Positions 10,400 to 19,523 of a stretch of DNA of 25,745 nt are shown here, piece by piece. Each line of letters opens with the position of its first letter. Position 1 is the stretch's first letter. The notes beneath the pieces are model-generated. The model searched no databases. It had not been told where the DNA came from and saw only the letters and a program-made list of their open reading frames with translations. The position numbers and the translations under genes were made by a program. Source of the stretch: Bdellovibrionia bacterium (GTDB taxonomy: Bacteria; Bdellovibrionota; UBA1018); contig JBJMMA010000105.1 of NCBI GenBank assembly GCA_045805065.1, positions 1-25,745 on the forward strand, given 5' to 3'.

Positions 10400-12035
10400 T
10401 TCTCATCTTTTGACAGCGACCGTATTCCTGCCACTCGCTTGGGCACTTGTGGGTCTTTTGATCCCAACCTCTAGCGAAGGCGGCAAGGCAACGTTCAAAA
10501 ACTGGAACCTTCTGGGTTCGATCGTCACGTTCGCGCTCTCCATTCTGATCTATCAGCACTTTGATAGCGCTGGCTCTGACTTCCAGCTGAACGAAGCTGC
10601 AGACTGGATTCCAGGGCTTGGTATCAGCTACCGCGTGGGCATGGATGGAATCAGCCTCTGGCTCATCATGCTGACCACGTTCCTCATGCCGATTGCGATC
10701 CTGGGATCGTATTCGGCGATCGAGAAGCGCGTGAAGGAATACTACTTCCTTCTTCTCGCTCTTGAGACCGCAATGCTTGGCGCATTCGTCGCGATGGACA
10801 TCTTCCTGTTCTACGTGTTCTGGGAAGCCATGCTCATTCCGATGTACTTCCTCATCGGCATCTGGGGCGGCAAGGACCGTATCTATGCCACGATGAAGTT
10901 CTTCCTTTATACGATGGTCGGATCGCTCCTGATGCTCGTTGCGATTTTCTACCTCGCTTCTCAGCACCACGCTCAGTTCGGAACGTACTCGACCGCCCTT
11001 CTGGATCTTTATAAGCTCCAGCTTCCAGGCGGCGCTTACTTCTCAACTCAAGGAATCCTTTTCCTCGCGTTTGCTTTGGCATTCTCGATCAAGGTTCCTC
11101 TGTTCCCGCTTCACACCTGGTTGCCTGATGCCCACGTCCAAGCCCCAACGGCTGGATCGGTCATCCTGGCGGCAATCCTTCTGAAAATGGGTGGCTATGG
11201 TTTCATGCGCTATGCGTTCCCGCTCTTTCCAGACGCGGTTGTGCACTATCAGCTCACCTTCATGATTCTGGGCTCGATCGCAATCGTCTACGGCGCATGG
11301 GTTGCGATGGTTCAACCCGACATCAAGAAGCTTGTGGCTTACTCTTCTGTCAGCCACATGGGCTATGTGGTTTTGGGTCTTTTCTCCCTGAACGCAGTTT
11401 CAGTGAGCGGCTCTTACTACCAGATGCTCAACCACGGGATCTCCACCGGCGCGCTCTTCTTGCTCGTTGGAATGATCTATGAGCGTCGCCACACGCGTGA
11501 AATCTCCGCGTTCGGCGGGATCACCAAGATCATGCCGATCTTTGCAGTGATCTTCATGATTGTGACGCTCTCCTCGGTTGCTCTTCCTGGAACCAATGGC
11601 TTTATCGGTGAGTTCCTGATCCTTCTCGGATCCTGGAAAACCAATCCAGGCCTCACGGCTCTTGCCACAACCGGCGTGATCTTTGGTGCCGTCTACATGC
11701 TCTGGATGTTCCAGCGCGTGATGTTCGGACCAGTGACCCATAAGGAAAACGAGGAGCTTGAAGACCTCAATTTCCGTGAAATCGCCGTCATGGCGCCTCT
11801 GATTGTCGCAATCTTTGCGATGGGCGTTTTCCCGAACTTCTTCTTCCAGAAGACGACCCCATCCATTGAGCGCTTCATTGCCCGCAGCATGGGCAAGGCG
11901 CATGTGACTGAGACGGGCTTTGCTCAAAAGCAGGCTCCATCGACGTCACCTATGGATGCCGCGATCTCACAAATCATTCCTACTACTCAGGCTGCACCCG
12001 TTGCACCTGCTGCAAACCAAGGATCGTCCCAATGA
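10386..12035 (+). CDS. nuoM: NADH-quinone oxidoreductase subunit M
   Basis: FYVFWE, KVPLFPLHTWLPDAHVQAPT and AYSSVSHMG motifs; overlaps nuoL by 14 nt. Confidence 0.98.
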   Translation: MGWLDSHLLTATVFLPLAWALVGLLIPTSSEGGKATFKNWNLLGSIVTFALSILIYQHFDSAGSDFQLNEAADWIPGLGISYRVGMDGISLWLIMLTTFLMPIAILGSYSAIEKRVKEYYFLLLALETAMLGAFVAMDIFLFYVFWEAMLIPMYFLIGIWGGKDRIYATMKFFLYTMVGSLLMLVAIFYLASQHHAQFGTYSTALLDLYKLQLPGGAYFSTQGILFLAFALAFSIKVPLFPLHTWLPDAHVQAPTAGSVILAAILLKMGGYGFMRYAFPLFPDAVVHYQLTFMILGSIAIVYGAWVAMVQPDIKKLVAYSSVSHMGYVVLGLFSLNAVSVSGSYYQMLNHGISTGALFLLVGMIYERRHTREISAFGGITKIMPIFAVIFMIVTLSSVALPGTNGFIGEFLILLGSWKTNPGLTALATTGVIFGAVYMLWMFQRVMFGPVTHKENEELEDLNFREIAVMAPLIVAIFAMGVFPNFFFQKTTPSIERFIARSMGKAHVTETGFAQKQAPSTSPMDAAISQIIPTTQAAPVAPAANQGSSQ

Positions 12036-13537
12036 ATTCCACACTTCAAACGATTAAACCTGAACTTCTGACGTTCACGTCCGAGCAGATGAGAATGATC
12101 CTTCCTCTGCTCGTCGTGTTCGGCGGTGGCGTGCTTGCCATCATTGCAAGCGTGATGAAGGCCAACAAATGGCCGGTTTACATCATCACTCTTCTGACGG
12201 CGATCGCGGGGATTTACTTCTCCTTCGATCTTCTGCACGCAGGCGACAATATGGTGCTCTTTAACCAGATGCTGGTTTCTGACACCTATTCGAATTTCTT
12301 CAACATCTTGTTCCTGGCCTCGGCTGGTTTTACCGCGATGGCATCTTTCAGATACCTCGACCGCGAAAAGCTTCAGCACCCTGAGTACTACGTTCTGATG
12401 CTCTTCTCGGCACTTGGAATGATGCTCATGGCCTCGGCCATCGATACGATCGTAATCTTCATCTCTCTCGAAGTGATGTCGCTTGCGGTCTACGTTCTGG
12501 TTGGCTTCCGTCGTACGGATCGTAGATCCAACGAAGCTGCAATGAAGTACTTCATCCTGGGTTCCGCAGCCTCTGCGATCCTCCTTTATGGTGCAGCACT
12601 TCTTTACGGAACGGTTGGATCCACGGGCATTCGCCCGATTCTGACCTACCTCCAGTCTCATCCTCAGGGTGTGACCCCGGTTTTCACGCTGGGAGTCTGG
12701 ATGGTCACAGTTGGCTTCCTCTTTAAGGTTGCCGCAGTTCCATTTCACATGTGGATGCCTGACGTTTACGAGGGCGCTCCAACCCCAGTCACCGGCTTCA
12801 TGACGACCGGCCTTAAGGCAGCAGCGTTTGCTTCCTTCCTCCGCGTTTTCATCGCCATGGGCTATGGCAAGGGTCTTTCGGATCTGATCCAAGGTCATCT
12901 GCATGACATTATCTGGCTCTGCGCAGTCCTGACGATGATCGTTGGAAACGTGGTTGCTCTGACTCAGACCAACCTCAAGCGTATGTTGGCGTTCTCCTCG
13001 ATCGCCCATACGGGTTATCTGCTCGTCGGAATTTTGGCGGGCTCTCACAGTGACCAGGGCTATGCCCCGGTTGTGATGTATCTGGTCGCCTACGCGACCA
13101 TGAACCTGGGAGCTTTCGTTGTTCTGACCTTGATGTCAGGACGCGATGACAGCGGCTTGAACCTTCATGACATGTCTGGCCTGTCTCAGCGCCACCCATG
13201 GCTTGCATTCTCCATGGCTGTTTTCATGTTCTCGATGGCAGGTATTCCTCCGACGGCAGGATTTGCCGCCAAATACATGCTGTTTTACTCAGCTATTCAA
13301 GCTCACGAAATCCCACTTGTTGTGATTAGCGTGCTCTGTAGCGCAGTTTCTGTATACTATTACCTAAGGGTCTTGGTTTACATGTACATGCGCGAACCAG
13401 CAGGAAGCCCTGCTGCGTCCCGTGCATCCGCATGGTCTACCTTGGCAGTTGCTGTCATGGTGGCTTTGACGCTTCAGATTGGTGTTCTTCCAGCTCGAAT
13501 GGTTGCGGTGGCTAAGAAAGCCGTCACCAGCCTCTAA
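12032..13537 (+). CDS. nuoN: NADH-quinone oxidoreductase subunit N
   Basis: EAAMKYFILG, FKVAAVPFHMWMPDVYEGAP and KRMLAFSSIAH motifs; ATGA overlap with nuoM. Confidence 0.98.
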   Translation: MNSTLQTIKPELLTFTSEQMRMILPLLVVFGGGVLAIIASVMKANKWPVYIITLLTAIAGIYFSFDLLHAGDNMVLFNQMLVSDTYSNFFNILFLASAGFTAMASFRYLDREKLQHPEYYVLMLFSALGMMLMASAIDTIVIFISLEVMSLAVYVLVGFRRTDRRSNEAAMKYFILGSAASAILLYGAALLYGTVGSTGIRPILTYLQSHPQGVTPVFTLGVWMVTVGFLFKVAAVPFHMWMPDVYEGAPTPVTGFMTTGLKAAAFASFLRVFIAMGYGKGLSDLIQGHLHDIIWLCAVLTMIVGNVVALTQTNLKRMLAFSSIAHTGYLLVGILAGSHSDQGYAPVVMYLVAYATMNLGAFVVLTLMSGRDDSGLNLHDMSGLSQRHPWLAFSMAVFMFSMAGIPPTAGFAAKYMLFYSAIQAHEIPLVVISVLCSAVSVYYYLRVLVYMYMREPAGSPAASRASAWSTLAVAVMVALTLQIGVLPARMVAVAKKAVTSL

Positions 13538-13592
13538 GCTCTAAGGAAAGGCGCCACTCCGTTAGCGCGAAACTCTGACCCGAGTGATTTGT

Positions 13593-13614
13593 CGAGGCGG
13601 GCATACCCGCCTCG
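13593..13614 (+). terminator. GC-rich stem-loop after nuoN; possible terminator or mRNA 3'-end stabiliser
   Basis: Perfect 9-bp stem CGAGGCGGG-cata-CCCGCCTCG. No clean U-tract follows (cgtattatg). Confidence 0.45.
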
Positions 13615-13644
13615 CGTATTATGAAACGGGTTGGATAGCTACGG

Positions 13645-16600
13645 ATGGCGCCTTCTTCGCAACAGCAGTACAAAATCAAACTCAGCTCGGGGCGTGTTCT
13701 CGGCCCCATTGGGCTTGATCGCATTCGCATCCTGATCATCAAAGGTCAGGTCAGTGGCATTGAAGTCGCGCGCGAGCATCCTGTCGGCGAATGGGCCGAT
13801 ATCAATTCCTTCACTCCCATCGCAGATCTTCTGGTTAAAAAAGCGCTCGGCACGCTCACTCCAGATGCCACCACCAAGGCCAACGCACAGACTAAGTCGC
13901 CACTCTTAGGAGCAACAGTCATTGTTGATCCAGGCGCGACAATCCCGCTTCCATCCCTTGGAAAAACGCAAAGCGCGCCAGCGGAAAAACAATCACCTGC
14001 CTCGCCGCCAAAGAAAAAGCCACCGTCCCCACCACCCGTCGACCAAGAAGACGAAAAGACGCAGGTCGCGCTCAACCCAAATACGACTTCTAAAAAAGTC
14101 GGCACTCAAGGCTCCGTTGGCGATGACGAGAAAACCGAATTTTTCGAAAAGCCCAAGCCAAAGCTTCCGACGCTTCAAACGCTGGATGGCGCTCCATTGG
14201 AAGATGAGGAGCGGCCATACGAGAGTCTGCTCAGCACCCAAGAGACCATTCTTCTTGAAAACCCTTTGGGCAAAGAAAACTGGGGCCTTCGAGACGCGCT
14301 CAAAGATCCACGCAAAGCCAAGGGCGCCCTGAAGAACACGGTCAAATCCGGCGGAAGCAAAGTTGTAAACATCCTTGCAACCTTGTCCGTGGCAGCGCTT
14401 GTTTACATGCTCATTGACATGGGGGGCGAGTCTTCAAGCAAGGCAGAAGGCCCCTGGCAGCCGATCCGCGCAAGTGTTCCGAATTTCGATAAGTCCAAGA
14501 AAGACCCAAGCAAAAGCACCAAGTACTACACTGAGGCGATGAAGTCCTATGTCCTGGACACCGTTCCAGGATACAAACAGGCTGCTCAGCTTCTGACTCT
14601 TGCCGTTCAATACGACGATTCCAACGTCAAGGCACTTGCCATGCTCGCATCGTCTTATTTGAACCTGATTGATTCATCGAATAAGGACGAGAATTATTTC
14701 TCCGTTATCTCAAAGCTCATTGAGCTCTCACGCGCCAATCAGATCGAGTTGCCAGAGACTGTGATTGCAGACGTCGAGTTCTACATCACTGTGAACAAGG
14801 CTGAGGCCGCTCAAAACCGCATTGTCGAGTACACTAAATCGCAAGTCCACTTTGATACGGTCATGTTCTACTACCTGGCGCTTGCTTTCTTTCAGCGTGG
14901 AGACGCGCAAAGCGCCGCGCGATACGTTGCCGAGTATCCCGAGAACAAGGCCTTCAGCCCCAAGCTCTTTTATCTGCGCGGCCAGATTGCCGAAAAGCTA
15001 GGCGACACCAACACCGCTCTCCTGGAATATGAAAAGGCAATCAAGATGACCCCAACGCACGCCAGGTCACGGCTTGCGATTGCAGCGCTTCTTCACAAAA
15101 CAGGGCAGCTGCAAAGCGGCGGCGCGCATCTCGAATACATTGTCAAAAACCCAAGGCTTCTTGGCCCAAGAGATATGGCGCAGGCTTACTATCTTCATGC
15201 GAAGCTCAGCCAGATCTACAACAAAGATGAGATCGCTCTTGCGGACATGATCAAAGCCGCAAAGCTTGAGGCCGGAAACCATGAGTATCTGCTTGAGCTT
15301 TACACGCTCGAGTCAAAGCTTGGCGAGGACGTCAAGCAGTCGCGCGGTCTGGCAAGAATGTACTTTTTTCTAGGCGAGGGCGAGAAGTCCCTCAAGGAAG
15401 GCGATCATCACAAAGCGCTCACTTACTTTCTGCAAGCCCTTCAGGCGAACAACCTCTCACCGCTTCCTTTTGTAAAAATCGGCGACATGTATCGGCATAT
15501 GAACGATCTGAGTCGTGCCATGGAAAATTACCAAAAGGCTGCTCATCGTGCGCCGGCCAATATTCAGGTCTGGTCCAAATACATTGATACTTTGATTCAA
15601 AGCTTTGAATGGCAAAAGGCAATCGAGGCGATGGAGAAGTTCAGGAAACTCGATGTTCCACAAAGCGCGATCGATAAAGCCGCGGCAGACATGTACGCCA
15701 AGCAAGGGGACTATTCCCAAGCGCTTCAATACTATCAGCGCGCCATGGCCCGCGACACAGTCGAATCAAGTGTCTATAACGCTTATGCGAAAGTCCTGAT
15801 GGACATCAAAAACTACAAGGAGGCGCCGTTCTTTTTTGCCTTGGCGCTTCGCTTTGATCCGCTGAACGCTGAAGCAATAATTGGAACAGCAAAGTGTATC
15901 GCTAATACGGACTCGCTCGATCGGGCGATCTCCTTTCTTCAAGATGAGCTTAAAAAAGGAAGCGTGGCCCGCGCGGAGCTTTTAACGGCAATTGCCGAGT
16001 TGTATGTTCAGAAGGGATCTTTCCCACAGGCCGAGGAGTTTTTAACTCAGGCCATGGCCGCCGATCAGAACTACGCTTATCCGTATAAGATCAAAGCCAG
16101 GATCTACATGGCGCAAGAAAACGAAAAAGGAAGGCTCGATAAGGCATTGGAGGCCTATAAGTCCTTCTCAGACCGGAATACGTCTGACCCTTCGGGCTAC
16201 CTCGAGCGTTACCGCATCTTCATCAAAAAAGGCGAATTTGAAAAAGCCGATGACGAGCTGATGAAGATCTATACGATTTATCCGAAGTACCCAAATCTTC
16301 ACTTCTATAAGGGTGCTTTGTACTCGATCATGGGCAACCAGCAAAAAGCGGTCGAGGAATACACCGCTGAGCTCAAAAACAACCCTAACAGCGTGGCAAC
16401 GCTGATTTCGCTCGGCAAAGAACTGGTGAAAGGTGGAAACCCGGTCGCAGCCATCACTTATTTCAACAAGGCCATGGAGCTTGCCCCAAAAAACTCCGAA
16501 GCCAAGGCCGAGGGCGCCTATACCACGTATCTCTTAAAGAACTTCCCAGGCTCGATCGCCTTGTTTAATGCGGCAATCCGGCTGGACCCAGGAAACGCCA

Positions 16601-16734
16601 TGCTTTACCGTCGCCTTGGCAATACCTACCGGGACAGTGGCGACCGAATCAACGCCACACAAGCCTATCGCCGCTACCTGGAGCTTTATCCTGACGCACC
16701 GGATAGAGCCGAGCTTCAGTCTTTCCTCCGATGA
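13645..16734 (+). CDS. Single-pass membrane protein: N-terminal GYF_2/DUF4339-like domain, Pro/Thr-rich linker, TM helix, long TPR array
   Basis: N-terminus YKIKLSSGRVLGPIGLDRIRILIIKGQV...GEWADI fits a GYF_2-like pattern. One hydrophobic segment (VVNILATLSVAALVYMLI). Many TPR-like repeats (e.g. YLRGQIAEKLGDTNTALLEYEKAIKMTP, YRRLGNTYRDSGDRINATQAYRRYLELYP). Confidence 0.85.
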   Translation: MAPSSQQQYKIKLSSGRVLGPIGLDRIRILIIKGQVSGIEVAREHPVGEWADINSFTPIADLLVKKALGTLTPDATTKANAQTKSPLLGATVIVDPGATIPLPSLGKTQSAPAEKQSPASPPKKKPPSPPPVDQEDEKTQVALNPNTTSKKVGTQGSVGDDEKTEFFEKPKPKLPTLQTLDGAPLEDEERPYESLLSTQETILLENPLGKENWGLRDALKDPRKAKGALKNTVKSGGSKVVNILATLSVAALVYMLIDMGGESSSKAEGPWQPIRASVPNFDKSKKDPSKSTKYYTEAMKSYVLDTVPGYKQAAQLLTLAVQYDDSNVKALAMLASSYLNLIDSSNKDENYFSVISKLIELSRANQIELPETVIADVEFYITVNKAEAAQNRIVEYTKSQVHFDTVMFYYLALAFFQRGDAQSAARYVAEYPENKAFSPKLFYLRGQIAEKLGDTNTALLEYEKAIKMTPTHARSRLAIAALLHKTGQLQSGGAHLEYIVKNPRLLGPRDMAQAYYLHAKLSQIYNKDEIALADMIKAAKLEAGNHEYLLELYTLESKLGEDVKQSRGLARMYFFLGEGEKSLKEGDHHKALTYFLQALQANNLSPLPFVKIGDMYRHMNDLSRAMENYQKAAHRAPANIQVWSKYIDTLIQSFEWQKAIEAMEKFRKLDVPQSAIDKAAADMYAKQGDYSQALQYYQRAMARDTVESSVYNAYAKVLMDIKNYKEAPFFFALALRFDPLNAEAIIGTAKCIANTDSLDRAISFLQDELKKGSVARAELLTAIAELYVQKGSFPQAEEFLTQAMAADQNYAYPYKIKARIYMAQENEKGRLDKALEAYKSFSDRNTSDPSGYLERYRIFIKKGEFEKADDELMKIYTIYPKYPNLHFYKGALYSIMGNQQKAVEEYTAELKNNPNSVATLISLGKELVKGGNPVAAITYFNKAMELAPKNSEAKAEGAYTTYLLKNFPGSIALFNAAIRLDPGNAMLYRRLGNTYRDSGDRINATQAYRRYLELYPDAPDRAELQSFLR

Positions 16735-16755
16735 CTTTCATGCCGCATTTTCCTG

Positions 16756-18117
<1,362 letters not shown>

Positions 18118-18200
18118 GCTTTTTTTGAGAGATCTGGGTTTGTCCGCGGCCTGGGTCTCATGCTAAGACTGAAATCAGTAGACCGCTGATTTTCTGGCGT

Positions 18201-18290
<90 letters not shown>

Positions 18291-18295
18291 TTTCC

Positions 18296-18490
18296 TAAAT
18301 TCACGATCTAAAAATCACTTACTTTAAAAAACATAGTACCGTGTCGGGCACGGGCATCCTGCCCTTCAAGTCCGCCTCGCTTTGCGAGTCGAAGCCATCG
18401 TCACACGCTTACGCGTGTGCCTTCCATGGCGACTTGAAGCCCTCAGGTACTATGTTTTTTAAAGTAAGTGATTTTTAGATCGTGAATTTA
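18296..18490. repeat. 195-bp element with perfect 45-bp terminal inverted repeats and a structured GC-rich core; candidate MITE/REP-like non-autonomous element
   Basis: 18296-18340 (TAAATTCACGATCTAAAAATCACTTACTTTAAAAAACATAGTACC) is the exact reverse complement of 18446-18490. The 105-bp core has nested stems. The repeat is certain; mobility is inference. Confidence 0.9.
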
Positions 18491-18684
18491 AAAGGGCCGA
18501 GAGACGGTAGAAAAAATGGTCTTACTTTAGAACGAAGAAGTAAGTATGCCTTGAGATAGTCGCGGTAATCGCCCCACTCAGACCGAGCTTTTAATTTTAT
18601 TAAATTAGGGCCGTTTATTTGCGCGTGACCCAGGTCAATCTTTCCACCTTTTCAGTCTCAGACACTTAATATAAAATAGTGATC

Positions 18685-18936
18685 ATGAGACTGCGATGGA
18701 GCGTCAAAACAACGCTGGGCCTGCTCAGTGTTCTTGCACTCACTTTAAGTGCAGGCCTCATTGAGAGCTCGGTTCTCGCGCAGCCATCGTGCGAATGGGA
18801 CTGCATGAGCACGGACTGCTGTTCTCCCGGTTACGAGCTGCCTTGCAATGGCGGAACATATAAAGATTTCTGTGTCACGGCCTGCGTTGGACCGCCACAC
18901 GTCGAAGCGCCCCCCGGAAGTTGCCCTTCGTATTGA
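18685..18936 (+). CDS. Small secreted cysteine-rich protein with a Kazal-like motif
   Basis: Basic/hydrophobic signal peptide ending VLA, then a 51-aa mature part with 8 Cys including CNGGTYKDFCVTAC...GSC. ATG 18685 preferred over GTG 18679. Confidence 0.75.
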   Translation: MRLRWSVKTTLGLLSVLALTLSAGLIESSVLAQPSCEWDCMSTDCCSPGYELPCNGGTYKDFCVTACVGPPHVEAPPGSCPSY

Positions 18937-18940
18937 GCAC

Positions 18941-19381
18941 TTATGCGGCGTTTGGAATCGCCTTCGTCTTGACGAGACCGCGGCGCTCGCACTCGCGCGC
19001 AATGGAGATAAGCTTCACGCGCGCACCAGAGATATCAAATGGCGAAACGGTTACGTCGAGAAAATCTTTTACTTCGCCCAAGAGTTTGGGAGGAACGCAT
19101 TTTAAGAAACGATCTCTTTGCGACTCTTCTAATCCGGAGAGAGCGTAAGCGACGATTCGGCCTGGAGAGCGCGCCAGCACTTCTGCAAGCTCGGAGTCAG
19201 GTAGACCCACAATGTCCTTAAACTCCATGACATATTGAAGTGCCTGATGCGTATAACGCGAATCCTCTGCGAGTCCTGCGTCGATCATTTTCTGACGACG
19301 CGACATGGGAGTGGTTTCAAGAAGCTCAACCAGTTTTCTAAAACCCTCGGGACTTTGTTTGTATCGCCAATAGATGCTCAT
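18941..19381 (-). CDS. Stand-alone FliG C-terminal-domain-like protein
   Basis: VMEFKDIVGLPDSELAEVL...AYALSG...RDRFLKCVP...ARVKLISIARECERRG resembles the FliG MFxFEDL, ARM-C and torque-helix region. AGGGGG upstream. At 146 aa it is far shorter than full FliG. Confidence 0.75.
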   Translation of the reverse strand: MSIYWRYKQSPEGFRKLVELLETTPMSRRQKMIDAGLAEDSRYTHQALQYVMEFKDIVGLPDSELAEVLARSPGRIVAYALSGLEESQRDRFLKCVPPKLLGEVKDFLDVTVSPFDISGARVKLISIARECERRGLVKTKAIPNAA

Positions 19382-19406
19382 GACCTGAATATCCCCCTAA
19401 GCCTTA

Positions 19407-19435
19407 ATAGTATACAGAAAGAGTCAGGAAATCAA
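19407..19435 (-). promoter_or_regulatory. Putative sigma70 promoter for the FliG-C-like gene
   Basis: Minus strand TTGATT-17 nt-TACTAT, ending about 25 nt upstream of the ATG at 19381. Confidence 0.55.
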
Positions 19436-19523
19436 ACACAATGTTAAGGTGTATTAAGAATTGACACCCGCAAGCGTAACAGTTGGATTTTGTACCCGGT
19501 TTTGATGTTAGATGGGGGTTCCT

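Noticed and set aside
280..13208. Many long antisense ORFs across the nuo operon (e.g. 1916-2623, 3564-4316, 8663-9493, 11987-13048)
   Set aside because: They shadow well-conserved genes on the opposite strand and show no recognisable motifs. Biased codon usage readily explains stop-poor antisense frames.
13621..13638. In-frame mini-ORF MKRVG* just upstream of the TPR gene (possible read-through or leader peptide)
   Set aside because: Five codons, no ribosome-binding site, no supporting signal; expected by chance.
18296..18490. CRISPR array, retron msr-msd, or simple intrinsic terminator as explanation for the repeat
   Set aside because: There are only two copies, inverted, with no spacers or cas genes. 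No reverse transcriptase is in the window. The structure is far larger than a terminator hairpin, though it might still affect termination.
19461..19466. Perfect TTGACA upstream of lspA
   Set aside because: No acceptable -10 at 16-18 nt spacing (TGGATT), so it was not called as a promoter.
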